Part shown: in pieces, positions 25,932 through 39,400 of the stretch | How positions within the stretch are numbered: the first letter of the stretch is position 1 | Layout: every line of letters begins with the position of its first letter | Source: Perkinsela sp. CCAP 1560/9 | Taxonomy: Eukaryota > Protista > Euglenozoa: Kinetoplastea | Direction of reading: 5' to 3' | Assembly (NCBI GenBank): GCA_965644495.1 | Contig: CBFFSA010000013.1 | Coordinates: forward strand, 358,001-422,000 | DNA length: 64,000 bases | Program-made: the position numbers and the translations under genes | Notes under the pieces: generated by a model | Databases searched by the model: none | What the model was told of the DNA's origin: nothing | Seen by the model: the letters and a program-made list of their open reading frames with translations, nothing else

Positions 25932-26758
25932 TTCTTTGCCGAGCACTACGCACAGACCAAAGCGAGACAGCGACAGGAAGCAACCGAGGCCGGGTTTCTT
26001 TTCACAGCCATGGTTGTGGAATCATTTGGCTCCTGGAGTGAGAGTGCCTTAGCGCTCCTCCGCGACATCGGAACGCAACGAGCGAACGCGTCGAAAGAAC
26101 TCATGTCTCGCAGCCAAGCACGAAATGAACTCCTTACGGAGCTGAACGTTGCGTTAATGAGATCACAAGCCAGAATGATGGTTTCGCGTATCTGCGTGCC
26201 AGATCCAACGGATCCAATGGTAGCGACATAGGCCTATACCTACGGACCCGCTTCTATCCTCTCTTGCATCCTCTGGTCCGGATGTTGGTCGTGTCGACAG
26301 AGTCTATACTCACGCCTAGCCCGCGAGGGCTAGGTACCCGAAGTGAGGTAGTACACGGGCAGTGAATCTCCTCCCCGTCGGCCAGCATCCTGTTTCGCGA
26401 CCGTGTCGCTGTCGACACAGGCCCGCGCCTGCGCCCTCCCGTATAGCAAGGGAAGGGTTCACAAGTCAGGCCGTGGAGAGGTCGAAAGACCCGGTCCGGA
26501 ACGCGCGAATGGATTGGATCTGGATTGCTTGTTTTTATTTTTACTGTGTCTTGTTTGTAGTATATACTTAGGGGTGATTAAATTGCTAGTTTTGGGCTGA
26601 GAAAAAGTAAAGGTACATCTGTGGAAAGAAAAAGAATTGCTAATTTGATTGCTTGTTTACAAATCATATACCCCTCCCCAATGGACCTACTTGGTTCGTC
26701 TACTGGGTAAAAATATAGAGGCAATGCCGCGTTTTATACTTCTCCCCCCTAAAAAAAA
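25932..26758 (+). mobile_element. 5'-truncated family-A stub
   Basis: Coding part nearly identical to 31272-31570; module at 26280-26512; A-tail. Confidence 0.88.
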
Positions 26759-27057
26759 TCTTAATACAAAAAGTGATCTTAATACAAAAAGTGATCTTAA
26801 CACCAAAGAAGCTAACAGGCACTTGTTGCTTTCTTTTAGTTATTCTTATTTCTTCATGGGAGTGGTCACCCGCCCCAAGGCAAAGGAAACAGGAGCAGCT
26901 CCTGTGATTTTGCCTCTCGCCCCCGTTCGCCGCAGGAAAAAGACAGCGCCTGTTGCCCCAAAGTCTCCTCCAACCATCGCTGTCGTGGGGACGCATCCGA
27001 CCGCTTCGCCCTCAAAGAGGTCTCCACCCCCCGCACCATCGACGCCATCGCCACCTC
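26759..27057 (+). mobile_element. 5' end of a family-B CRE-like element that continues at 40381
   Basis: An 18-bp repeat (atcttaatacaaaaagtg x2.5) is followed by ATG MGVVTRPKAKETG. Positions 26882-27057 are duplicated at 40381-40556. Confidence 0.85.
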
Positions 27058-30000
27058 TTTAACGATAAAGATACAGTTTCTGTACCTTGTTGACTATATT
27101 TTATCTCATATTTTTCCCGGGTACACGGCTACCTTAATATCCGGAGACCACCACTTTGAAGAGTCAACTCGAATGGAAGAAGATTCGTTCCTGCAAGAAG
27201 AAGCAGCGCACCAACCAGGATCCTGGGACCAAATTGCGGGGAATGCTCACCTAATCAAACAGCCCACCTCATATAACGAATTGCTATACACCACACCGAT
27301 CCCGGAAAGCATCCCTGAAGACTGGTGTCAGAAAGCCACCTTAATTTCGACTGACCAGCAAACACCAGACACTGGACACAGAAATGACGGCGACGAGGAA
27401 ACGACCCACGCACGCGTTCTCATCAGCACAAATCACAGCTCACGAACAACACAACCCACTAATGTTTCAGTTTCGAAAAAATTTTCCCGTCGCAAGTCAC
27501 CGGCCACATCTCCGTGTGCTAAAGGACAAATTCGGGGCATTGGGAAATCTCAGAAGACGCGACAGAAAACCAACACAAGAACAATGGAAGCGATCGACCA
27601 TAGTATCCCACATAGTCCATACGATAGCGACCTTCCGGAGACTATATCACAAACAACGACCCTCGAAACCCCAACGCCGACAGGTGACGAAACCACTACG
27701 AACATACCGAGCTCTCAAGAAGGCCCTAGGCAACGGGAGTGTCCCGCAGAAAACTGTAATTGGAAAGCACACGCCCACGGAGGGCAATGGCAATCGTATT
27801 ATAGCCATGTGGCTTATCGACACGGAGGGAGCATTCCCAGCATCTGGTGGGATAACGAAGGACGCTTCTTGTGCAACGAATGTGGACGGCATTATGCGTC
27901 CAGCAAGAAGACATCACACGAGAATCAATGCAAAGGACAATCTGTGCAGCCAGCTTCTTCCCCGCACCCATCAGAACCCCTAGGGGAAACTTTTTACGAC
28001 GTTCACGGCACCAACGATATACCATCATTGGACGAAATATGCACGACTTCAATCAGCACCTGTAAGGACGTCCCGCATCGATGCCGATATTTGTGGACCA
28101 AAATTTTGACTACAGCCCTTTCCTCCGCGGTGCACGAAAATTCAGTAAGGGCGTGGACGCTCCTGGCAATACTCCCGAAATGCGTTCTACCAGCCCCTTA
28201 CCGCGGCGGTCGCAAAGCTCACACGTCATATTCCTCGTATATTCTCAAGCGAATGGAGCTTTGGATTGAAGGAAAATACGCAACCTTATGGTCCGAAGCG
28301 ATTAGGGACAACGAAAGGAAACGTTCGAAGCAACAGAGCAATGAGAATGTGGAGGATAAATCTCAGATACGATCAGAACTTTTGGTCCGTCAGGGAGAAT
28401 ATTCGAGAGGCATGGCCGCCCTTACTGCAGCGCCACTTGCGCCGTACAATGAGGAAACTCTGCAAAAGCTACAAAAAAAGCACCCCAGTCCTCACGCAAA
28501 CCCTATATCCAGTCCCCTACCTCCTTTGCAAGTGGATGTTTTGCAGCTCGACGAATCTGAGGTCAAAAAGGCAGTCAATAGTTTCCACCGTGGGTCCTCT
28601 GCTGGAACCATGGGGCTTAGACCTGAACACCTCCAAACAGCACTTCAGGAGCACGTTGACCACAACATGGACCCTCTCATGACACTCACTTCCTTTGTGA
28701 ATCACCTGCTAGCTGGCAAAGCTCCAGACGAAGTACACCCCTTCTTTGCTGGTGCACGGCTCTGCGCTCTCGAAAAGGGGAATGATGACGTGCGACCTAT
28801 AGCTGCAGGAGAAACCCTTCGACGTCTCGTAAGCAAGGCAGTGTGTCTCTCAATTAAACAAAAAGCAGGTTCCTTTTTCGGACGCAAACAGTATGGGGTT
28901 GCAGCGGCTGCTGGAGCAGAACGGGTAATCCACCTTTGCCGCCGGCTAATGCGGAACAACATGGAGAACGACAACATCACCTTTTGCAAAGTGGACCTCA
29001 GGAACGCCTTCAACAACGTAAGTAGGCCGGTTTTTATTTTCCTGACACGCGAACATTTTCCTGAAATATCGCCATGGGTCGAATGGTGCTACGGAAACCA
29101 CAGCTGTCTCACGTTCGGTGACGATTTCATTCCTTCGGCGGAAGGCGTGCAACAAGGGGATCCGTTAGGCCCTCTTCTCTTCTCTTTGGCCCTAGCAGAG
29201 GTAACGAAGGAAATAGCGTCCCGCTCTCACTTACGAACACAGTTGTGGTATCTCGACGACGGCATACTTGTAGGCGAACCGAGTGAAGTCCGGAAGGCCC
29301 TAGACATCCTCGATGAGATAGGGCCGAAGTGCGGGCTTTTCCTAAACCTCACCAAGTGTGAGATTATTACTCCTCCAGCTTCAGCCCACACCTCCGTTTT
29401 CTTCCCCGATATCCCGAGCGAGAAAATCCGCTACGATGGGAACTTCGACACCCTTGGAAGCCCCATTGGCTCTGCGGAGCACTGTATGGAATTCCTAGAG
29501 ACACACGCGATTGAGCCAGCCCGGGATACATTGGAAGCTACCGCAGTGTTAGAAGACCCGCAAGTGGCCCTCGCGCTAATACGGCAATGTGCAGGATTTT
29601 GTCAAATGGTATATGCACTACGCACAACCCCACCACAACCCCACCACAAGCCGTCAAGGAATTATGCCAACGGCTTGATTCATATTTGCTCAACGCTGTG
29701 GAACATGCAATTTCCCACCTGGACCTCTCCGCTCGCGACCAAATCCAACGACCGAAACGCCACGGGGGGTTCGGACTCCGCTCATCATTGCTCCACCAGT
29801 CAGCTGCATATGTTTCCTCGGTTAAACTGAACCAATATTCGCAAATTTATGAATTTTCAAAATTTCACGTCCCTTATATGCGCTGAGGCCATGAGGGAAT
29901 CCAGCCATTGACGCAATTTAATCACCGTTTTTTCGCTTACCTCCGTTTCCGCCACTGAAGACACATGGCGCCCACCCCTACAGTACAAAACGATGTACAT

Positions 30001-32057
30001 GAGAGTCTGTTTAGCGCTTCGCTGGCTCTTGCTGGGCAACAGCGGCCCCATAGCTCCATACCTCCCTTTACAATGCTTGGTGCAGACCCATTTATTCCCG
30101 ACTAATGCCATGGTGTGCGGAGCTCTGTGATTTTTCTTGTAGCAAATAACTTTCTGCGCCACTAGAGAGTGGTTTTTCATCCAGTCCAGACATTGATTCT
30201 CACTCCAGGAAGAACTTCTTCTGATCGTAAGTTTCGAACGGCACGAGAACCCACCGCACCCAGTGCATGTCATTAAAAGGTGAGAAGAGCACTAAACAAG
30301 TACTAATGGATTCAAAAAACTCAATGCTTATATAAAATTAATGTGCAGAACCATGATTCAGAATAAAAGAAAGGAGCGATAAAACGTTCAGGTAAAAATT
30401 TTGCCAGATTGAGAAAAGTGCGAATATTGGTTCAGTTTCACCGTTTCCTCTATCACTTTTTCTGCTAACATGGATGGCTGGGAACCAACCGAAGCAGAAG
30501 GATTCTCTGATTCCGTCCGGGACATAAACGAAAAAGTCGGAGCTGATCTAGTTGACACGATCACTGGACGCATTGCCAAACCCAATTCTCTAGCTGAACA
30601 GCATGAGGGACGAGGCACCCGGTCCCGCCTAGCTAAACGAAAATATACCACATCTCTCAACAACACTCTCCCCTCCGACTCCACCGAACAGGAAACCATT
30701 ATACCACGACAGAGGCATCTCAGCCATGCAATATCGGAAAATGAATTCCAGGCTGCGTACATGAAAACAGACGCAAGGACGAGGGCACGATGGGTTTCTC
30801 AATCAGGGAGGGGGGCCGGAAACTGGGCTTTTGTAACACCGTCCAAGAGCAGAAGCTACGCTTTTACCCACACAGAGTTTCGGACTCTGACACGCTGGTG
30901 GCTCGGGATGAATATCTTGCCGGAGGATCAACCTTGCCCAGCTGACGGCTGCACCCTTCCCTTACTTAAAAATGGAGAGCACGCTTTGCTCTGTAAGAAT
31001 GGACACGGTATAATCTCACGACATAATGCCGTAGCGCAACAATTTACGTCCTTTTGCAGCAAAGCTTTCCTTCAACCACAGAGAGAGAAGAGTTTGGGAA
31101 ATCGAGGGCCAGGAGGAGCTCTCACAAGACCAGCGGACGTCTTCCTACCAACTGCATCCTTAGCCAAGGGCACTGTAGCGCAAGGCATGGTTCTAGATTT
31201 TGCGGTCACCCACGCACAGCAACTAAAGTATTTGGACTCAGTCCATAATGCTAGCTGGGTGGCCCCAGGGTCTTTTGCCGAGCACTATGCACAGACCAAA
31301 GCGAGACAGCGACAGGAAGCAACCGAGGCCGGGTTTCTTTTCACAGCCATGGTTGTGGAATCATTTGGCTCCTGGAGTGAGAGTGCCTTAGCGCTCCTCC
31401 GCGACATCGGAACGCAACGAGCGAACGCGTCGAAAGAACTCATGTCTCGCAGCCAAGCACGAAATGAACTCCTTACGAAGCTGAACGTTGCGTTAATGAG
31501 ATCACAAGCCAGAATGATGGTTTCGCGTATCTGCGTGCCAGATCCAACGGATCCAATGGTAGCGACATAGGCCTATACCTACGGACCCGCTTCTATCCTC
31601 TCTTGCATCCTCTGGTCCGGATGTTGGTCGGGTCGACAGAGTCTATACTCACGCCTAGCCCGCGAGGGCTAGGTACCCGAAGTGAGGTAGTACACGGGCA
31701 GTGAATCTCCTCCCCGTCGGCCAGCATCCTGTTTCGCGACCGTGTCGCTGTCGACACAGGCCCGCGCCTGCGCCCTCCCGTATAGCAAGGGAAGGGTTCA
31801 CAAGTCAGGCCGTGGAGAGGTCGAAAGACCCGGTCCGGAACGCGCGAATGGATTGGGCCTGGATTGCTTGTTTTTATTGTTATTGTTTTTATTGTTCTTA
31901 TACTTACGGGAGATCGAATTGCTAGTTTTGGGCTCCAAAATATGAAATTGCTAATTTGATTGCTTGTTTTAAAATCATATACCCCCCCCCGATGGACCTA
32001 CAGGGTTCAAGTATTGGGTAAAAATATAGAGGCAATGCCGCGTTTCAAAAAAAAAAA
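27058..32057 (+). mobile_element. Full-length SL-capped family-A CRE-like element, disrupted
   Basis: SL at 27061-27092; ORF 27173..31570 with C2H2-like fingers, WYLDD and RLE. An 11-bp tandem duplication near 29630 shifts the frame, and a Merlin-like insert interrupts it. Module at 31619-31851; poly(A). Confidence 0.93.
29820..30442 (-). mobile_element. Merlin/IS1016-like DNA transposon, internally deleted
   Basis: 23-bp TIR ggttaaactgaaccaatattcgc / gcgaatattggttcagtttcacc with GG...CC ends and an 8-bp TSD gtttcctc. Cys-rich ORF 29857..30273 lacks a DDE domain. Removing the insert restores YVSSITF. Confidence 0.8.
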
Positions 32058-35000
32058 GGTTAACGATAAAGATACAGTTTCTGTACCTTGTTGAATTATT
32101 TTCCTTATTTCATCTTTTTCCAGGTACGCGGTTCCTTCCATGACCAGCCAAAAGTCTTTCCAAGAAGAAAAAAAAAGGCACACACTTGGTTCCTGGGATC
32201 AATTCGAGGGTAACAAACATTTAATATCCGGCCCCAGCACCTACAACGAACTTGCCTACACCACCGAGATCCCTGCGCACGTTCCATCCGAATGGACCAG
32301 ACGAACGGAAGCAGCATGTGCCACTTTGGTTGTCGAGGGGGGGACGCCCGACATGGGAATCGAATTAGGGGAGTGTGAAGAGTCAAACCACGCCAGCGTT
32401 CAGCGACAACCTCCCGATAGTTCCTCAGTTCGCCGTTTTCCAAAGACACCCAGAAAAACGAATAGGATGTCACAGGACTCCATCGTTCTCCGAGGGGAGC
32501 TAAAAGGATACAGAAAAACGCCAGTTGGCCGACGAGCCCCCGAGAAACATAACTCTAATGGTAGAAAACCGGCACCTGATAAGGAAGTTCTACCTGCAAT
32601 GGATCTTGATGAAGCATGTTTGACACAGCCATCCGCAACTCAAACACAATCAGCCGCCGCCGAACCACCGAATCACTCTCCCTCTCACGATGAAGCTGTA
32701 CCTTATTTCCAATCATCACAACAACGAAGAGCCTGCCCAGCACCCGGCTGCAATTGGGACGCGCCATCACACGGTGGAAGTTGGCAAGCATACTTCAACC
32801 ACATTGCCTCGCAACATGGAGACAGTGTTCCGGATTCATGGTGGAGAGAAGAAGGCCGTTTCCGATGCCACACATGCAATCGCCACTACGACTTAGGGAA
32901 AGAACACTCACACTCGAAGAGCTGTAAAATCGCATCTCACATCCCTTGCCAAGAGGAGGTGAACCCACAAGCTGTAAACCCGACACAAGAGAACGACGTC
33001 ATCGAATATCTTCCAACATTGGCCGAGATTAGTGCTCTCCCTCGCGCAACTTGCAAGGATATTCCTCACCGGTGTCGGCTACAGTGGGCACGTGTCCTCA
33101 CGACTACCCTTAAGGAGGCCCTGGGTAGCACTGGTGTAGGAGGATGGGCTAAGCTCGCAATGCTCCCAAAGTGCACCCTAGCAGCACCCCGAAGGGGCGG
33201 GCGCAAAGGGCACATGTCTTACGCGTCACATGTAAGTAACTGCCTCGAACGCTGGGAGATGGGAGACGTCTCCGGCCTCTGGAAAAAACTAATTGTTGAA
33301 CAAGAGAAAAGGTCGCCTCGCAAAGAACCTGACGAGCATTCACTTGAGGAAGAGATGCGAAAGGCCAACCTACGCGCCGAGCTTTTAGTTCGACAAGGCG
33401 AATTTTCACGGGGATTGGCAGCACTTACTGCGGATCCTCTCGCACCAGATAACGACGACACTCTTTCCCAGCTCCTGCTTAAACACCCCACCCGTCACAC
33501 CACTGAGCCGCCCGTAGATATGCCTCCCCTAGGCCCGGAGGTGCTTACACTCGGAGAAACGGATGTACGACACGCACTAAAAGGTTTTCACCGAGGATCA
33601 TCCAGCGGGACTGTGGGGCTGCGGGCAGAACACCTTCAAGCTGCACTACTCGTCAATGAAGATCTCGACGTCACACCGCTCTCTGCACTAACAGCTCTCA
33701 CGAATCATCTCCTCGAAGGCAAAGCCCCGTTGGACGTGCAAGAAGCGTTTGCTGGCGCGCGGCTGTGTGCACTCAGAAAAGGGGAGAGTGGTGTACGACC
33801 GATAGCTGCCGGGGAGACATTACGCCGTTTGACTAGCAAAGCAGCATGTCTAGCAGTACGAACGAAGGCACGTGAACTTTTCGCCGGAACACAATTTGGG
33901 GTAGCCACACCTGCTGGAGCTGAGCGTCTAATTCACCTTTGTCGAAAAGCAATGCACGAAAATTCTGAGAACTCCGATTTCGTCCTCTGTAAAGTAGATC
34001 TGAAGAACGCGTTCAACAATGTTTCTCGTGCCGCCTTCATTGCGTTGACACGACATTACTTTCCAGAGCTTTCACGCTGGGTGGAGTGGTGCTACGGTAC
34101 TACAAGTGCTCTGACCTATGGCCAAATCCGAATTTCATCCGAGGAAGGCGCGCAACAAGGCGACCCCTTAGGGCCACTACTTTTTTCCCTCGTCATGCTC
34201 CAAGTTTCGGAAGAAATTAAAACTTCGTCCGGAGGACTTCAGCTCCACATGTGGTACCTTGACGACGGAGTCTTGGCAGGTCCATCATACGAAGTACAAA
34301 ATGCTCTGCGCGTGATAGCGGACGTGGGGCCTAAGTGTTTCTCAACCCGGAGAAGTGCGAAATTATCACCCACCCTGCTTCAGCAATGCAGACAGACATT
34401 TTTTATCAAATCCCTCGCGAACAAAAGAATTTCCAAGGCAATTTTTCTATTCTTGGGAGCCCCATAGGTTCTTCCGAATTTTGTCGTACCTACCTAGAGG
34501 AACATGCAATCGACCCCGCTGTAGACACTCTCCTGGCAATACAAAGCCTAGAAGACCCACAAGTTGCCCTTTCGCTACTTCGTCAATGTGCCGGATTTTG
34601 CCAAATGACGTATGCACTGCGTACAACACCTTTTCGTAAACTCATGGACTTATGCACTCGCCTTGACTCAGCAACAATGAAAACTCTCGAATGGATTTTC
34701 TGTCCTTTGGATGATGTTTCCAGGTGTCAGGCACAGCGACTGAAGAAACATGGGGGATTTGGCATTCGTTCATCCGAGCTACATGCCTCCGGGGCTTATA
34801 TTTCTTCAGTGACATTCGGCGCCGAGCAAGACTCCTGGGAACCGCAAGAAGCAGAAGGTTTCGAAGATGCAGTTCATGACTTCAACAACGCACTAGGCAT
34901 CACGTTACTTGACCGGACCACAGGATCTATCACCAACAGCCAACAAGATAATCGCCAAACGAGTAACGACATCGAGGCGGATTTACCGGAAGGAACCTAT

Positions 35001-36451
35001 GCCTCGGAGAAATGCACAGTACCACGGCAAAAACAGTTAAGCCACATTATTTCAGAACACGAATTCGGGCAAGCATTCTACAACGCAGACATTAAGACCC
35101 GAACTCGCTGGATTTCACAGTCTGGCAAGGGAGCTGGGGACTGGGCATTTTCCACTCCATCCAAAGACCTTGGTTTTGCATTCACATCAGCTGAATTCCG
35201 CGCACTGGTAAGGTGGTGGCTCGGAGCACAACTTGTACCCAGCGTCCAACCATGTCCCATAGAAAAATGTAAAATGTCTATCGGACTCGATGGGGACCAC
35301 GCTCTAGTGTGCAAATCTGGACATGGCATCATGGCACGACATAACTCTCTTTGTCTACAGTTTGCGCAAGAGTGTAGTAAGGCGCAGCTGGCTCCTCAGA
35401 GGGAAAAGACGCTAGGAAATCATGGTCCGGGAGGCGGCTTGACACGACCAGGTGACGTTTACTTGCCAAACTATGACCTTGGCACAGCTCTCGTCCTTGA
35501 CTTCGCAGTTACACATGTCCAGCAAAACAAATATACGGACTTAGTCCGAACTGCTACATGGGTAAAGGGACCTTGGCACAGCTCTCGTCCTTGACTTCGC
35601 AGTTACACATGTCCAGCAAAACAAATATACGGACTTAGTCCGAACTGCTACATGGGTAAAGGGGTCATTCGCCGAGCGCTACGCCTCGGAACATAAAATA
35701 TCGGAGAGAGCAGAAGCTGTCGCTGCTGGTCACCGTTTTGAAGCGATGGTCGTAGAATCCTTTGGATCCTGGTCCAAAAGTGCCCTGACCATCATAAAAA
35801 GCGTCGGGAAACACCAAGCTTCAACCTCTAATGGGACTTTGAGCCATGCACAGGCCACAGCACAACTCATAAGGGGTATGAACATAGCCCTCATGCGTTC
35901 ACAGGCACGGATGTTGGTCCGACGTCTCCCGGATGAAGATCCCACTGGCCAACTCGTCACACATGACGACCGGCTGGATTCATTCCGAACTGGTCGTTTG
36001 CGCCCATGAACATCTGGTCGGGATGCTGGTCGCGTCGACAGAGTCTATGCTCACGCCTAGTCCGTCAGGGCTAGGTACCCCAAGTGAGGTAGTACACGGG
36101 TAGTGAATCTCCTCCCCGTCGACCAGCATCCTGTTTCGCGACCGTGTCGCTGTCGACACAGGCCCGCGCCTGCGCCCTCCCATATAGCAAGGGAAGGGTT
36201 CACAAGTCAGGCCGTGGAGAGGTCGAAAGACCCGGTCCGGAACGCGCGAATGGATTGGGCCTGGATTGCTTGTTTTTATTGTTATTGTTTTTATTGTTCT
36301 TATACTTACGGGAGATCGAATTGCTAGTTTTGGGCTCCAAAATATGAAATTGCTAGTTTAATTGCTTGTTTTAAAATCATATACCCCCCCGATGGACCTA
36401 CAGGGTTCAAGTATTGGGTAAAAATATAGAGGCAATGCCGCAAAAAAAAAA
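32058..36451 (+). mobile_element. Full-length SL-capped family-A CRE-like element, disrupted
   Basis: SL at 32062-32093; ORF from 32140 with WYLDD. Frameshift near 34335 and a 94-bp tandem duplication (35475-35568 / 35569-35662). Module at 36021-36253; poly(A). Confidence 0.93.
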
Positions 36452-39400
36452 GCCATTCCCTACAATTCGTCCGCGGCAGGGTCGCTTTGAACACCGGTCT
36501 GCGCAACGAACTCGTGACCCTCTACGAAACTCACTCCGGAAACAGCTTTGACCTAGACTGTGCCATTGGACAACTTCCCGCCGGTATCTCTGTGAGCGCA
36601 GCGCTTCAATGCGCTTCCCAATCTAGCACGATCCCTGGCCACAGGACCGCAGTCTTTAGCCATCCCAAGGGACGCACTCTTATCGTCATCCCCAAGACCA
36701 CACCCCCCGACCGGTATCCCTTCGCCCTTTGCAACCAAATCGGGATCGACACGGAATTTGCCTCTGCCTGGAGAGAGATTCCTTCCCCGGACGGGCCGCT
36801 TTGGTGTTACGCCCCAGCCGAAGGCCTGATTGCCAAATCTGGATGGAGTAAAACGCAGATAGATCTCGGTCTTATGCGAGGGGGGGTGGAGTGGAACCCG
36901 GGCCCTCGAAACCCTTGTCTACACTTGTTCAGATTTAAAATTTCCCCGAAGACACAGAACACTTTGCTCCCCCAAGCGCTACGCAATCAAATTTCCTTTT
37001 TTCCCTCCCCGTCGCTCTCCTCCGAAACGGGATGGAGCCGAATGTGCATGAAAACTGAACTTTTTCGGGGCGGGGTGGAACAAAACCCAGGACCCAACAC
37101 CTCGTACTCGGCTAAACGATCACTTCTCCTTCAAGCTACCGACCGTTCAGCAACCCCCTTTTCCAGCTGGCATCAAGACGAAACCCGGGAATGTCCTGCC
37201 GAAGGCTGTTCCTGGAAAACGACTTCTCACAGCGGCCATTGGAAGGCCTTTTTCAACCACGTAGCGACTCGACACGGTGAAACTATCCCGGAAGATTGGT
37301 GGACCTTGCAGGGACGCTTCCTTTGCACCTCATGCGGACGAAACTATGATTTGGGAAAAAAAGACTCCCACCCAGGTACGTGCAGAGTAATCGATCTCGA
37401 CTCCCGCCCTACCATACATCCCCCTGGTACACCATCGGACACTTCCAGTTTCCCCGACGAAAATGCGGTTCCCATCCCGACGCAGGAAATAGAAGCCCCG
37501 GCCGTGCTGCCTTCCCTCGCTGAAATATGCTCTATCCCCATCAACACCTCCAAAAATGTCCCAGCTCGATGCCGCCAGCAATGGGCAGTTGTTCTCACCG
37601 GGGCTCTGTACGAGGTTGTGAATGACAACACAACCACTTCCTGGACGCTACTTGCAATGCTGCCAAAATGCGTGCTCCCCGCTCCCTATCGAGGAGGGCG
37701 GAAAGGGTTTACATCCTACACTAACTTCGTCAAACAGCGTTTACAACTTTGGCAAGCTCGTGATTTTTCCACCCCCTGGAGAGATGCTGTCAATGGCCTC
37801 CAAAAGAAGCGCTCGATGCGCACCCGGGAAGGAATCGACGAAGAGACCCGGTCAGCCGTCCGTGCGGAACTCCTGGCACGACAAGGCGAATTTTCCAGAG
37901 CCATGACTGCGCTAACTGCATCACCTTTAGCACCAAATTCGCCCGAAACACTGTCCAAGCTGCAGGACAAGCACCCCAGTCGTCTCCCGCCGCCTACTTT
38001 CACCCCAACTTTCACTCCAGAGAAATCACATAGCCCCCCCCTACAGCTCTCAGAAAAAGAAGTCGAGACCGCGATTAAAGCTTTTCACCGAGGTTCGTCG
38101 GGAGGTGCCATGGGACTTCGACCAGAACATCTCCGGGAGGCCCTTCTGGTGAATGCCGACTCTAGAGCTAAACCCTTAGCAGCCATCACTGAACTCGTAA
38201 ATCTTCTAGCTGGGAAGGCAAATCCCGATTGTCAACAGTTTTTCGCAGGTGCCCGCCTGTGCGCGCTCCAGAAAGGCGCACACGGCGTTCGCCCCATAGC
38301 CGTCGGGGAAACGATCCGCCGCCTCGCCAGCAAAGGGGCCTGTGCCGCGGTAAAATCTAAAGCACGCTCTCTTTTCCAGGGACAACAGTTCGGAGTAGCC
38401 ACCGCAGCGGGCTCGGAAAGAATCATACACCTCTGTAGGCGAACAATGGCTGCACACGCCGACGATCCCGACTTTGCTCTAGCGAAGATAGACTTATCCA
38501 ACGCCTTCAACAACGTATCCAGAACTGCCTTTCTTTCATTGACACTCCAACACTTTCCTGACCTGTACAATTGGGTCGAATGGTGCTATGAAACCGAAAG
38601 CTATCTTACATACGGATCGCAGACCATCCCTTCCGCTGAAGGGGTGCAACAGGGGGGCCCCCTTGGACCTCTTTTATTCTCTCTGGTTATACAATACTTA
38701 GCGACATCAGTCATTAATGAGCTCCCTGAAGAACTCCCCCTCCACGTCTGGTACCTCGACGACGGGGTACTGGCCGGCAAAGCTTCGCTGATCCGGCGTG
38801 CCCTCGACGTTATAGCGCACGAAGGAAAACAGTTTGGTCTCTTTCTAAACTCAACGAAATGCGAAATAGTGTTGAGCTCCTCCTCCGCGAGCTCCGCCAC
38901 TTTATTTCCGGACATCCCCAGTGCAAGGATCCACCTCGACGGCAACTTTGACATCCTTGGGAGCCCAGTAGGGTCAGAGCCGCATTGTTATGAGTTCCTC
39001 TCCAAGCAAGCGCTGGAACCCGCACAAGCCTCCCTGAGGGCTATAAAGAAAGTCACGGACCCCCAAGTCGCCCTATCCCTGATACGGCAATGTTCCGGTT
39101 TCTGCCAGCTAGTCTTCTCCCTTCGTACTACACCCCCACTATTCCTTTCAGAGCTTTGTTCGCGACTCGACGCCTCGGTCCTCCAAGCTCTCGAAGACGC
39201 CATATGCACGCTAAACCCTTGTAGTCGAGCTCAAGCTCAGCGTAAAAAACGACACGGAGGTTTTGGGTTACACTCAACTTCCCTCCATGCATGCGCCGCT
39301 TACGTTACCTCCGTAGCCTTCGCCGCGCAACAAGATCACTGGGGCCCGGCAGAAGCAGACGGCTTCTGCGAGGCTGCGTCACGCGTTAACTTCTTAGCGG

